64,000 bases of DNA from Octopus sinensis (Eukaryota). The notes beneath the pieces are model-generated. The model was not told the origin of the DNA. It worked only from the letters and a program-made list of their open reading frames with translations, and did no database searches. The DNA is taken from NCBI RefSeq assembly GCF_006345805.1, contig NC_043000.1, forward strand, positions 85,188,001 through 85,252,000, in the 5' to 3' direction. The stretch's first letter is position 1, and the number at the start of each line of letters is the position of its first letter. Of the stretch, positions 37,871-51,545 are shown piece by piece. The position numbers and the translations under genes are program-made.

Positions 37871-40619
37871 GCATTTTGGAGTCTTTCGAAGTACATCGTG
37901 TGAACACATTGATTTTTCCTCTGAATGATTAAATTATCCAAGGCTTGTCAAGGATATAAAAACCTTACAATGGCCATCTATTTAGTGGTTTGCTGCCTGA
38001 TATTATTGTAATACGCAACACTATGCTCTTAGCTTTAACTTCCCTTAGATTATTCATTTATTTACTGAGTAACTGTAATTGTATTGATCTCAACAATGTT
38101 AGTTAAATGTTTTATAGTACAGGAAATATTAACAATTGCCTCATAATGAAATAAGTTTTTGTAAGGGGCTGATTTCATTTAACTCAACAAAAAAAAACCA
38201 TGGCAGTAACTTCTTAACTAGCACTGTGGAAGGCATGGTAACTTTCAAGATATTTGTTTTGTAAAACAAATACCTTTCTTTTTGTTTTACAAAAAAAAAG
38301 TCTACCATGCCACAAAATATGTGTGTGCGATGTTACCAGCGTTGTCTTTGTGTCTAATTGTTGTGTGTGTATGTACTCCTACCATATTCTTTTCATTTCT
38401 TTGATAGTCAAAAATGACAGCAATTGTCTCTAAAATGTTAGTATAATAATGAACAGGCTTCTATAATAATGATGTGTGGGTGTATAAGTGAGAAGCTATT
38501 TCAAAGAATTGCTTTGTAGCTTGTTTGATGCAATATACCTTATAATGGGTTCATTAAACAACTTGTGGCAGCATTAAAAGACTAAAATTTCAACAGTTGC
38601 TACTTTGTTTTTAAACAGAAAATAATCAGTAAGTCAGAAAAATCTAAAAGAAAAAATATTTTAGTTCTAAGGTACACTGTTAAACATTGCATAAATTACC
38701 AATTTAGAAACCTTTAATAATTGTTTTGAATGGGTAAAATGATTTTAAATGGTTTTAATTAGTTTTAATGAAAATCTTTCTTTGATAGTTGAAATGCCAT
38801 GAGAATTCAAGTAATATTAATTACTAGCTTTGTACTCTTTTCTGTTTATGTACTGACTCACCTACTCTTTACTCTCCTCGCATATTTCTTTTCAACACTA
38901 CCACACTGACCTACCTATACTTCTCTTCCACCACCATAACCTATCGCACACAACTACCACTAATCATAAACTACCTATACTAATAAAAGCTGGACACTAT
39001 AGTGTTGCAGGCCAATAACATGGCATAATTGTCGATTTGCAGGTAAGTAAATTAGGACCATGTGCTTAAATCCTTTAGTTCTAAGACAGTGAATTCACAT
39101 CAATGATATATTTTTGCTATATTAGATAAGTGATGTGTGCAAGCTAAAAGATCAGGTTAGAATTGGTGTCCAGCAGCAATACCTCAAGCTGTTCTTCTCA
39201 ATTCTTCAACAGTATTTGTTAAATGTTTTCTAGTATAGGAAATACTAGCAATTGCTAAGTAATGAAGTAAGTATTTATAAAGGGCTGATTTCGGTTAATT
39301 TAAAGTAATCCATGGTAGTAACTTCTCAACTAGTACTGTGAAAGCATGATAATTTTCAAGATATTTGTTCCTGTGCTCCTAATGCTTTGATTTGGTTTCA
39401 AATCTAGAAAATGCTGGATGAAGACAATACATGTTCATCTGTCAAAGTGATGAGGACCATCTAGACAGCCTTAAAGATGACTGACGACTTGCACTCTGAG
39501 TTTCTTTAAAGTGAAGAAGAGTTGCACTCCACCAACCTCATGACTCTCTTATCCTTGACTATCTTCAGTCCAGTGGCAAGACCAGATCATGATGACTGGA
39601 GATAGATGCAGTGGATGACCTTCACTTCACAATGTGTTGCTGCAGCCACCTTCTCATGCATTGAACCATGAAGGTTTCTTCTACCAAGTCTGCAAGATCC
39701 AATTGTCACATGCATAAATAGACAAGCTCTAATAAGCTAACTAGCCCATAGCCGGGACCCTAACAGGTGCTACGACTTTAGGTTAGAGTAGAGCTTAGAA
39801 CAGTTGTGGCTATGAAGTGGTTCCACACTCCTCAAATCCCCTAGAACTCACAAACCAGGGCCCCACTTGTATGACAGTGACACTCCTTTACAACAAATAT
39901 GCTATGTGAAGACAAGGAGGCACAAACATATTCATATACACATATTGTGTGATGGGCTTCTTTCAGTTTTTATCTACCAAATCCACTTACAAAACTTTAG
40001 TCAACATTGAGGCTATAGTAGAAAGCATTTGCACCAAGGTGCCACATACTGCGATTGAACCCAAAACATGTGGTTTGGAAGTAAACTTTTTAACCACCCA
40101 GCCATGTCTGTTGTGAGGAAATAAAATCTTATGAACTCTGTGACATTTTTTTTTTTTTAACTATGATTAATATAACAGTTTTGCATTTTAGCATAGTTTA
40201 TGCATTGAAAAAATTGCTTATCAAATTAATTTTATTAAAATATTGTGCGAATGTCTTAAATGTAATTATCTTTTATTGCATATCAATCAATTCTGCTTGA
40301 TTCAGTTTGGTATAAAGTAAATTTACTAGTTGCTAATATTGAGATGATAGATTTCATGTGTGGCAAAATTACAGTGACTTCAAAGTTTTTTCAGGCTCTC
40401 TGAAGAAAGTGAAAAAGCAAAACTTAAGTCACTGTCAGACTTTCTTTGTAAAAGTTTATGTGCTCAACTAAAACTAAGTATTGAATAATCCTTTGTTTTA
40501 ATATTTGTTTTAATATATTTAACTTTATATAAGAATAGACAAAACAAAACATTACAAGAATTGAATCACCCCAGAGATCATTCATTAATCAAGGGCATGA
40601 CTGATCTTAATTATTAGGA

Positions 40620-40990
40620 CTGCCTTAAAACATTGCATCTTATTCTCTCCAGCACCACTGAGCACTACATCATTTGCACAATGTGGAGAATACACTACTG
40701 GCATTGCCCAAACAACCTTAGCATTAGATTCAGAATTTATCCAATGAGGCCATATGCCCCTGCACAATTCAGGATCACAACATAAATTCACTGCAACACA
40801 ATTTCTTTTCCTGAACAGGCCCTGCTCTATTTAACATCCCAAAACAAATCAAAGAAGAAAAAGATCACATTACCTTCAACTAAAACCTGGACAAAATTCT
40901 TTGAGGGATACCAGATAAGCAACCTGTACCTGGATACATCTCAATCAACAACTTACTTGAATGGGCCATGATACTACTCAACTTAACAGA
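40620..40990 (+). mobile_element. Degenerate CR1/Jockey-type LINE 3' fragment
   Basis: Peptide remnants WRIHYWHCPNNLSIRFRIYP, GPALFNIP and LDKIL*GIPDK parallel the ORF2 C-terminus seen at 52641-52922 and 55975-56229. Confidence 0.6.
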
Positions 40991-41188
40991 TCCTGTCAAC
41001 TGTTGCTGCTAAGTTTGACATGACCTGAGCCAATCTTTGGCTAAAATGTATCTAAGTTACATATGTGTGTGTGTGTGTGTGTTTTGTGCATTTGAAGCCA
41101 ATTTTTTAAAGTGTTTTTCAGAAAATACTAAAATAATATTTAAATAAATTAATTTTGTTTTGTAATTATATTTTTTCTTTTAATTTAG

Positions 41189-41365
41189 AAAGCCTTATAC
41201 ATCAAGTGACAGTGAATATAATGAAACACAAACCTTATTTTCTCAATCGTCCCAAACCTCTAAAAGCTGTGGTGACCACAACTATGAAAGCAGGAGCTCT
41301 GGTCTACACCCTTCGAAGTCAATCTGACAATCCTGGAAATATAATCAAATACAGAATGACTGATC
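41189..41365 (+). CDS. CadN: Type-III classical (neural-cadherin-like) cadherin, exon A; phase 1 to 1
   Basis: TTTAG| ... |GTGAGT; KPYFLNRPKPLKAVV...VYTLRSQSDNPGNIIKY parallels Drosophila CadN PYFINRPLPMQAVV (recalled from memory). Confidence 0.9.
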
Positions 41366-41625
41366 GTGAGTTCAATATATATGATTTCTATTTTGATTTT
41401 GATAAAGTAACTGAAATGTGGCTAAATGCCTTGGAGTAAACAATTAGAAGATCCATTTACATTTCTTAGTTCAAATCTTACTTTGGCTGACTTCATTGTT
41501 ATTCTTCCTGGGTTAAGAAAATAAGCATATAAGTACAGGTAGACAGGTGTTCGTGTGTCTATGTGTGTGTATACGTTTATGAATCTGTTTTGCAAGATTC
41601 CTGTTGTGAACCTGTATGTTGAAAC

Positions 41626-41827
41626 ATTGTTATATTTCGGGATGGTCATTTCCCCACCTCCCCCAAATAAGCACACACTATATATTCATTCTTCACTTGT
41701 TTATTATTTTTCTTCAGACAATGGACATAGGATAAAATAACAGTAATAAACAAGTGACAAGTGAATATATAGTGTGTTTATTTGGGGGGGGGAAAAAAAA
41801 AAAATGACTATCCTGAAATATAACAAT
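41626..41827. repeat. Inverted repeat, ~80-bp arms, 37-nt spacer
   Basis: 41626-41706 versus the reverse complement of 41744-41827: colinear with a few substitutions and a homopolymer indel. Confidence 0.85.
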
Positions 41828-42826
41828 ATGTATATAAAAGAGATAGAAAGGATTTAAATAATCATACTCCCTTCCATACAGATTTGTGTTATTATACTGA
41901 TTGAAAGAAATCGATTTTTATATCAGAAGTACACAATCTCTTACCTGAATCCCTTGCAACAAGGCATTTCAGAATTCAAAATTTTTCAGATTTTATAAAT
42001 GGTCTTTACAATGTATTCATAGAATATATCCTTGAAAGTCAAGGTTCTCAAGAATAGCTTAGGTTGACATCTCCACTGCCACCACCAACTTTAACAAAAA
42101 TTCTGTTCTGATTCAAATATATCTGAATGGTAGGTTGAGTTTGTATTTTAAGCCCTTAGTGAAACCATTACAGCTGGGCAGGTAGACATTTTTACCATCT
42201 TGCCATAATTATGAGGAAGGTACCACTAGTTAGCTTCAGGATAATGTAAGAATGCACATTAAACAAGATAGCTATATAACAAACACTTACAAAATGTGCA
42301 TTAAAAATTCCTAGTGAAAATATTGCACAATTTTTCTTCATTTGTGTTATAAATATTCATACTAAGTTTAGCAATATTTCATCCATTTATCATTCTGAGT
42401 TCAAATTCTGCTGAGGCCACTTTGCCTTTCATCCTTTTGAGGTCAATAAAATAAGTACCAGTTGAGCACTGGAGTCAATAAAATTGATTTACTCCCTTTT
42501 CTGAAATTTCTGGCCTTGTGCCAAAATTTGAGATCAATATTCACACTGAGTGAGATAAATAAATATTATAGTTTGTTTGGTCATGATTGGTGCTAAACAC
42601 GTGCTTTGGTGTGCAGACAACCTCCATGAAAAATCTTTTGGTTTACAGAGCTTTTCAGTTTTCAAAATTTAGGATAAGAGATTTTGCATTGCATTTTTTA
42701 AAAAATGGTTTCCCAAGTTTCATAATTTTCTGCTTTGTGATTGATTCTTAGAATGGGTATTAACTCAAAATTCCTTATGTATATATATTTTGGCTTATTT
42801 TGTTTTATTTTTTCTTTGTACTACAG

Positions 42827-43061
42827 CAAACAAATACTTTGAGTTGAATAAAGATACTGGTGATATAACGATTCTTTGGAAAGACAAACTCGTTCTTAAT
42901 AGGTATTATCCATTGGAGGTTTATGCTGTTGATGTTTCTGTTACACCAAATTTGGTAACTGGTCCTGAAACATTGGAAGTTTTTTATGGTGCCCTTCCAC
43001 CTCAGTTCTTTCAGTCAAGCTACAGTGGCTCTGTTTTTGAAAACAACCAAGCCAATCAAGA
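42827..43061 (+). CDS. CadN: Cadherin exon B; phase 1 to 2
   Basis: CTACAG| ... GA|GTATGT; YFELNKDTGDITI...GALPPQFFQSSYSGSVFEN. Confidence 0.93.
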
Positions 43062-44239
43062 GTATGTAATAATATTGTTTTCATTTGCTTTTCTTCCAAT
43101 CAAATTTTGAATTAATGAATTACAGAATTTACTCAGTTGAATCCATGACTTTATTCTAAGTCACAATTTTTGGATTGTTAACAACTTGATTCTCACTACT
43201 ATTAAAATAGTCTTCGTATATGAAATGAGGGTTAGAGGAAACTTGGAAAGACATACCGGGAATAATGTTGCAATCATAACAGAAAAATGTATTTTTATAT
43301 TTAATTTAACATTTTGATGCCCATGTTCCATGGGTGGACAGTTTGACAGGATCTGATGGTTCCAAGGACTGCATCATACTCCACTGTCTACTTTGGCATG
43401 GTTTCTATGGCTTGATGCCCTTCCTAATACCAGTAACTTTACAGCATGTATTGAGTGCTTATTTTTATACTACCAATGCTAGTGAGGTTACCATATGGTC
43501 TGCAAGACAACAAACCTACTTTACAAAACTACTTTTAGATAGATAAAATGGAGTAAGCAGGTATGTATGCACTAACCAATATTTACATAGTGTGTTGATA
43601 TGGTTGTCAGCTGTTTTAAGGTAACAAGTCATATTAGCAAATCAAGGCTAAAGTTATTTGGTGATACTAAAGAATTCCATTTTTGAGCTGGAACTTTACA
43701 AAATGAATATGAAATAGTTGGCATTAGTACTTACTGAAGGCCAATACTTTTCTGTTTACATAACTTCAAACATCTGTCTGAAATATAAGCTTTCATATCA
43801 CTTAAGTTAATCAAGTGAAGTCATTAACTATTTCCATCATACAGTCATGCTTTGAAGTAAAGACACTTTTGAACATGTGACATTAAATACACAAATGGCT
43901 ATAGTTTCTTGCTAATTGTAATGTTAATACTTGTATATAATGTAGTTAGCCTCCTCTAGCACTAGTTTCATTTAGAAGACTCTATTTCAAATATCAAGTT
44001 GTTTGCAATCAATTGAGTTTAAGACTAAAAAAAATCATATTCAAAGGAAGTAAAAACTTTTAGTAACACCTCAAGTTTGTATCTGTATTCAGCTATATAA
44101 TATTCATTATTAGTTGACTTACATTGTTTTGGATGACTGTGGAAGTGTTACTTTAGTTAGTTAGCTTTTTGCACCTTTATTTTTTTCATTTAACTTCCTT
44201 GCTATTGCATGATTTATTTTATAAATTTTTTTTTTAACA

Positions 44240-45083
44240 TGTTGTAATGTCAGTGTTCATACTCGACAGAGTGTGAGTACCTTGAGAGAGAAGTTGGACC
44301 TAAGAAGCATCAGTTGTAGTGTGCAAGAGAGACGTTTGCGCTGGTATGGCCATGTGGCAAGAATGGATGAAGATAGTTGTGTGAAAAAGTGCCACACCCT
44401 AGCTGTTGAGGGAATCTGTGGAAGAGGCAGACCCAGGAAAACCTGGGATGAGGTGGTGAAGCACGACCTTCGAACTTTAGGTCTCACCGAGGAAATGACT
44501 AGATACCGAGACCTTTGGAAGTATGCTGTGCGTGAGAAGACCCGGCAGGACAAGTGAGACCATCACCCATGGCCTCAGTCCACTTATGCATACCTTTCCT
44601 TCTTGTGACACAAAACCCTACTTGTGAAGACCTGTTGAGGCAAGTGAAAATCAAAAATCAAAATCGATCCACATGAATGGAATTGTCGCTGTGATATCAG
44701 TGCTGGTGGCACATAAGAGAACCAACTGAACGTGGCCGTTGCCAGTGCCACCCTGACTGGTTTCTGTGCCGGTGGTACGTAAAAAGCACCATCTGATCAT
44801 GGCCGTTTGCCAGCCTCGCCTGGCCTCTGTGCCGGTGGCACGTAAAAAGCACCATCCGACCGTGGCCGTTTGCCAGACTTGTCTGGCACCTGTGCAGGTG
44901 GCACGTAAAAAGCACCCACTTCACTCATGGAGTGGTTGGCGTTAGGAAGGGTATCCAGCCGTAGAAACATTGCCAGATCAGACTGGGCCTGGTGCAGCCT
45001 TCTGGCTTCCCAGACCCCAGTTGCACCGTCCAACCCATGCCAGCATGGAAAGCGGACGCTAAACAATGATGATGATGATGATG
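44240..45083 (+). mobile_element. 5'-truncated RTE-clade LINE (ORF2 C-terminus, 3' UTR, (GAT)n tail)
   Basis: RRLRWYGHVARMDE...GRGRPRKTWDEVVKHDL; 3' UTR with tandem ~55-bp subrepeats; CpGs intact (young). Confidence 0.9.
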
Positions 45084-45282
45084 CTATTTGAAGAATGTTA
45101 ATGAAAGCCATCTATTCCTATGCAAATGTTTCATATGAAAGAAGAGAAATAAAATGATTCTAGTTTTACATTCATGCCACATACATGTCAAAAGCAACAG
45201 TATTGTTTTTGCATCAACTTTGTTTTAATCTTCCTTGTTTTTTTTTTTTTTATCTTTTTACATCTTTGCAAATCATTTCTAG

Positions 45283-45508
45283 AATTGAGAATTTGTCTAT
45301 TGCTGTGAAGTCTTTCTCTGGTAAGAATATAAATTTTGCTCTGACAACAATAGCAAATATTGCTACCACAGATTTTGAAATTCGGAAGAAACCTGGAAAA
45401 GATGCTGAAGCTTCAGTGTTTGTGATGAAAACTTTCTTCTTCAAAGTTTCCAATGTCTTTAATTTAATAATCCTTGCTTCGGATTCAACTTTGACTAGTT
45501 CTGTACCA
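45283..45508 (+). CDS. CadN: Cadherin exon C; phase 2 to 0
   Basis: TTCTAG| ... CCA|GTAAGT; LSIAVKSFSGKNINF parallels CadN ISIKAKSFADREIRY (recalled). Confidence 0.88.
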
Positions 45509-46447
45509 GTAAGTAATCTTATTGCCAATGCATATTTACTTCATTTCTCCATTTTTCAACACTATTTGATTGCGACAATTTCTTTTCTCTATTAAGAAAA
45601 GGTCTAGAATTAGTGAAAGTTAGCAGTGACATAGTTTCAGAGTTTAACCTGATCAGTTGTAGAAGCAGAGTCATCATTTCCACTCTCTTCCTTATGTCAA
45701 ACTGAAATTTACCACCACATGCTACCTATTTTCAGATAGCACTGAGTCGCTGAGTTTCATTAGTCTCTTGGCTTTTGCATGTACCTAGGTTCAAACTGGA
45801 ATCTTCATTCTTCAAGCCTTCTCTGGTTGATGCTATGTAATCAGTTTCACATTTAAACAGTATAGTAAAAAGAAAATTGTGTTTTAAACATTCTTTGCAA
45901 AAATTGAAGCTATATCTATTTGTCAATCATAATTTGAGCTTAGTTTTCTTTTTTCTTTTTCTTGCAGTTGAATAATGTAATATTAACATAAACTTTATTT
46001 TAGTCACTAATTCCCTCACTCACTGTACTATTTTATATTCTAAATTAAACAATATAAGTTAATGATATTTTAATGCAGTTAACATTAAAAAGCTATCTGA
46101 AATAAATACAAAATTAGGAAAAAACAGTCAATTTTCATTTTTCCCTGGTACACAACACATTTCTACTTTATTCTGATCTTGTCCACAAAACATTACCATA
46201 TTTGCTGAAATAGTGAAAGAAAATCACTGTAAAAATGCAAAAATGTACATTTGTTGGTTAGAGATTTACTGCTTTAAAGGTACCTTTTGCATAAAAAAAA
46301 AATTGTTAACATTAGTATTTATAGATTTAATGCCAGCATTATTGTATTGTCATACTTAAAAGTAATTTTGTTTATTTACGGAAAACGGATGTTAAACGAT
46401 GATGATAAGATTTGTTTACTGAAAGCCTTTCAATTTTTTGTTTTTAG

Positions 46448-46559
46448 TTGACAGTACACATAATTGATGTGAATAGTGAACCATCATTTAATATCCAAGA
46501 GTACAGATCCTTGCCTATAAATGAAGATGTTGCAGTTGGTACAGAAATTAAGAAAACAG
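46448..46559 (+). CDS. CadN: Cadherin exon D (below the ORF-track cutoff); phase 0 to 1
   Basis: TTTTAG| LTVHIIDVNSEPSFNIQEYRSLPINEDVAVGTEIKKT G|GTTTGC; phases fit both neighbours. Confidence 0.9.
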
Positions 46560-47993
46560 GTTTGCAGTAATTAGTTTCTATACATTTATAAATATTTCTG
46601 TTATGCTCATATTTCTGAGGAAATGCAGCTTCTGTTTCAATTACTTTTGAAAATAATCAGGAACTTTGAGAGATTGGTTTATTTAAATATAACTAAATAA
46701 AAGATTCTCATAAACTTAGACTGAAAGGTTTTCATTTAAAATTAACACTTTGAAAAACAGATCTTGTATTCTTGAATCAGAAATGGTCTCGGGCTGTTTG
46801 GCATTGAAACAGTTAAACAATTAAATGGACTTTTGTCCCACATCATGGCACCTTGATGTCCTCTGTAATACCCAGACCAACAAAAGCTTTCTGGGTGAAT
46901 TTGGTAGACCAAAACTGAAAGAACTGTGTGTGCGCCCTTGTCCCAATATCATTTGATGGTTTTAAATGAGCAGCAGCATCATACAAGTAATGTTGTTCAT
47001 TTCCAATCTCCTGTGAATTACATGTCTAGCCCTGGAGTAATTGAAAATTTGCTTCAACAACTTTCATCTAACCCATGTAAGCATGGAGAAGTGAACATTA
47101 AAATGACAATGAGGATGTATGAACAGATTAAACTGCTGGATTAGGATTATTAATCCAGCAGTGAAAAGTTTTGGGTTTCAGGAGGTATTCAAAGTATTTT
47201 TTTTTAAATTTAAATGAAGTTGTCAAAATTGAGTTTGGAGTTTTAGAAAAACTGGCTTTATTTGCTGCAGTGGAATTTTTCTATGCCAGAAATCAATGAA
47301 ATGGGAAGTTGTCACAAAGATGCTTTTTATGAATTTGAGTTCTGTCACCTAATTAATATTATGAAATTAATGAAGAATTTTAACCATTAATTGTGCACCT
47401 TTACCAAATTCAGATGGAATAGAATGTTCTAATTCTTAAATTAGCATGACCTTAAACGGGTGCTTAAAACAGAAATGCTTATAAATTTAAAAATAAAAAC
47501 TGAAGCATATTTCTGCTTTGACCTTATAGTTTGTGCCCAAAGAAATTTATAGCAAATAAAAAGTATTGTTGAAAGCTGAAATATTTTTCAGTTGATTTTT
47601 AAGATTCTTTCTTTTATTTTTAATCAACAGCATTTAGTTGTCTTATTTTGGAACTAATGAAAAGAATATTAGTTTTATACTAATATTTTGTCTTGTACCC
47701 AGCCACTTTGACCGATTATTTTATTTTGTCTGGGGTACCATAATAAGTTGAAACTAAATAACTATATGCAAAGTGTAATTGTCTTAGAATGAAATATAAG
47801 TACAAAAAAGTTTTCACAAGATCAAATGGAAAACTATTTAGGAAAAATAATTCAATTTTCAGTTGATCTAAACATAAGTTCCCTATGAAATACAGTTAGT
47901 CATTTTTATTGAAATATTATCTGAATTAAAAAAATTTTTTTTTTATGTCCCATATCTACTTTATCCACAATTCTGATTACACATCCCTTTCAG

Positions 47994-48129
47994 ATCTTAA
48001 AATCATTGCAATTGATAGAGATGCTGGAAAAAATGCTGAAATTGTATTTAATGTCACTGATGACCACTTCGAAGTAAAAAGAAACAAGATAGCTGATGGC
48101 CAATATGAAGCAATTCTTGTTGTTAGGAA
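47994..48129 (+). CDS. CadN: Cadherin exon E; phase 1 to 2
   Basis: TTTCAG| DLKIIAIDRDAGKNAEIVFNVTDDHFEV... AA|GTAAGT. Confidence 0.93.
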
Positions 48130-48549
48130 GTAAGTAAAAACTCTTTCTAGTTTTTATTGGTTGCAATGATGACAGTCATTGCTGGCAGACCTAACATCTT
48201 TTATTTTGTACACACTTTAAATACAAACAGGCCAATTACAAATATGTCTAAGCTTCTGCAAGTAATTGCTAAAACTGATTTTCATTTGTCTTCCACAAGA
48301 CATGGGTGGAGTTGTTGAAATAATATATCAAAAAGATGAAGCACATTTCTCTGCTGCTTCTATTATCTTGCCATTGTGAAATTTTTTTTTAATTATAAAA
48401 CCTTTCACATTTGGAAATTTGTAATTAAATTTATTCATTATGTAAATTAGGGCTCCATTGAGACTGTTTACTCTAGAAATGAATTAATATCTGCAATGCA
48501 TTTTAACCTGCTTAGCTTCCAACACTTTTATTATAGTGTTGTGTATCAT

Positions 48550-50290
48550 TACCATTTTTACCTCAATTTTCCATGCTGGTATGGGTTGAATGAGTCAGAG
48601 CTATGGATTTAATGAGCCATGTTTTGCTCCAGTATTTTCCAATTTTTATATGGTTTCTATGACTGGATGCCTTTACTAATGCCAACCACTTTACAAAGTG
48701 TATTGAGTGCTTTCTGTGGCATCAGCACCAGTGAATTACTATGTAATTCACAAGATTAAAGAGCCACTAAGATGGAGAATATGAAAGAAGTTGTTTTATG
48801 CGAGATGATGAGAGGAGTAGGAACAGGTTGATTGTGGAGGAGATTCTTGACTACCTTGCATTTTGTGTGGCTGAGTAGGGATGGTAAGATGGAAGTGGTC
48901 AGGTATATACAGGTGATGAATATAGTAAATAGTGAACATCAGTAGAGTGGTCGATGTTAAATTAGTTGATGGATGGTGATAAGCAGGATGAACATAGTAA
49001 ATAGTGAACAGGGGCAGTTCACCATTCATACATTACAAAAACCTTTTCACTCTATCCTGCATGCACACTGACATTGCACATCCAAACAGACTGTGCTAGC
49101 TTCGTTGCTTTCTAGTCTTCACATGTCCTGTACATTCACAGTCCACATTTTGCTTTCGTGTAGCATTGCTGTTTGTGTATATATATTATATGATCAGGTA
49201 ATAATTATCTGGACTTTTTGACCAGTTCTTATTCTAGCAGCTATACTTTCAGAACATCCTCCTCCACTACTTATTAGATCACCTGGATAACAGAAATTAT
49301 CTGCTACCTGTAGGGATTTTCCTGGATATTTTAGAATATCTGTTTATTGCTCCTTCACATCTGCTGCATACAAAGTCTAATTTCTCAGTTAGCCTGCCTG
49401 TGATTCCACTATACTTTTTATGGTCCATAGTTTGCACTGGATACACCATATAGAATTTCTATCAACTCCTTTTTTACATATCAAGTGGGATCATTTCTCT
49501 GAGGTTGCAAGATTCTGTTTTCCTTCTAATGCTTTGATTTTTGTTAAATCAACTTCAATGCCTTTTGTTTCCAAGTTTTGCATACACACCTGGAATTTCT
49601 CTAATTTTACCTCACATGTAAGAATAAGGTCATTAATATATAACAGTCCCTGCATCTTGATCTTCTCTATTACGCTATTATGGCCTGGAGGACTATGATT
49701 AATAAGAGAGTGAAAACTGATCCATGGTAAACTCCTAGCTGCACACTAAATTTGTCATACTCACTGCTAACTCTCACTTTACTAACATGTCTTCTATGGC
49801 ATTCACAAGCTATTTGTTCATCTTCTCTCAGCTTCTTCAGTGCCCACTATATCACTGAATGAGTGACTCTGACAAAGGCTTTCTCTATATCAACAAATGC
49901 TAGGTATAGTGTTTTACTCTTAAGTACTTCTTCTGTAGTTGTCTCACTTAGCACAAAACCAAACTGCTTCCCTGCATCTCATCTTGTCCCTCAAACTTAT
50001 CAATGAAGCTACTACTGTTTCTGTTATTACTTTTCTCAAAGGCATCTCATTTGCCCTTCTAGTCATTGAGTATGATACTTTCATGTACAATCTGATTTAC
50101 TATATGGACAGAAACATTGGGTTGTTGTATGTTAAAACTGCAAAAATACAGTGTAACTTCTTAGTATCTGGTGTTGTTCTTCTCTCAATCTATTATACAC
50201 TTAGACAATTGGAGAGTTGTAGAGAAGCTAATGAAGAATATGATTTACTTAGTATCAGGATCTGTTCCACTTATGACTTTCACATTTCAA
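48550..50290 (-). mobile_element. Old degraded RTE LINE (RT to 3' tail)
   Basis: Minus-strand QFGFV, LYLAFVDIEKAF and AMLHESKMW motifs with stops; RTE-type 3' UTR at ~48550-48730. Confidence 0.7.
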
Positions 50291-51084
50291 CTTTCTTTTT
50301 TTCATGCTTAAATGAGCCAGGTGGAAATTGTTGAGGCAGATTTTCTACAATCAGATATCCTGCTTGTTACCAGCCCTCACTTGCTTCCAAGCAAGGAACT
50401 ATTTTTCCATGGCCAGACATGTTTCTCATAGAAGACTGGAAACAAATGTCTTCACTCGTATGCTGTTGACACTTGTTTACAACCACACTTTGTCAAAACA
50501 AGTGGAATAGGACACATACATGCTCAACTCTGGGCTACAATGGACTTAGTTTTCATCAACCAAATCCGTTCCCATTGCTTTGGTTGGCCTGGGGTTATAC
50601 TAGATAAGTTTCCCAGTGTGCCACACAGTGGGACTGAACCCAAAACCACATAGCTGGAAAGCATCTTTCTTAACATCACAACCATCACTTCGCAATGTGA
50701 GAATAGCATCTCTTCAAACTGAAATACAAAGCAACATTCTTTTTTTTTCTCCCTCTCCTAACCGGAAATTGTAAAGAACTAATTATGTGTATGTGTGGGA
50801 AATATTGTCATTTAGGTGGGTCAAATGTTTGCATGTTATTGCTTAGTTTGTGAATATCTATATCTCAGAGTAGTAAATAAACAGAAATGGTTATGTGCAC
50901 CTGAACACTATACAACAATTTTGTTCAGTCTATAGTTTTGATCATGATTCAAAATTTTCTGGGTTTTAATCTTGTATTTCATTGTTCTAGAGCGACTGAC
51001 ATACTGTCCATCTACAGAATACTGATTTAAATTTATTATAGACCATCTACAGCATTTGGTCTTGTGTTCAGTTTATTATTATGA

Positions 51085-51545
51085 TGATTAAGGCAGCATG
51101 CTGACAGAATCATTAGCATACTAGGTAAAATGCTTAGCGGCATTTTGTCTGTCTTCACATTCTGAGTTCAAATTCTGTTGAATTCTACTTTGCCTTTCAT
51201 CCTTTCAGAGTCAATAAAGTACCAGTGAAGCACTGGGGTTGATGTAATCAACTTATCCCCTCCCCCAAATTACTAGTGTCAGTCTTGTTGATGATGTGAT
51301 TGTTGTTGTTTGTAGAAAAAAAGACAGCAAGCTGGCAGAATTGCTGAAACATCAGAAAAAAAACATGTTTTGCAATTTTTTACTCTTTACAAACCAAGTG
51401 CAAATCCCACTGAGGTCAGCTTCATCCTTCAACCTTCTGAGGTTGATAAACAAAGTACTAGTCAAGCACCGGGGGTCAATAGTATCAGTTGCACCCTGCT
51501 CCTCACCATCTAACCTAATTTCAGGTTCTGTGCTTTTATTAAAAA
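51085..51545 (+). mobile_element. Two tandem family B SINEs
   Basis: Heads at ~51090 and ~51325, each followed by B-box and core. Confidence 0.75.

Noticed and set aside
38040-39370. ~170-bp block repeated at ~38040-38240 and ~39205-39370
   Set aside because: About 75-80% similar, with no open frame or structure; most likely two copies of an old dispersed repeat.
45250-45528. 92-aa antisense ORF (also 62791-63000, 53869-54288)
   Set aside because: Shadow frames of real exons or of the LINE ORF.
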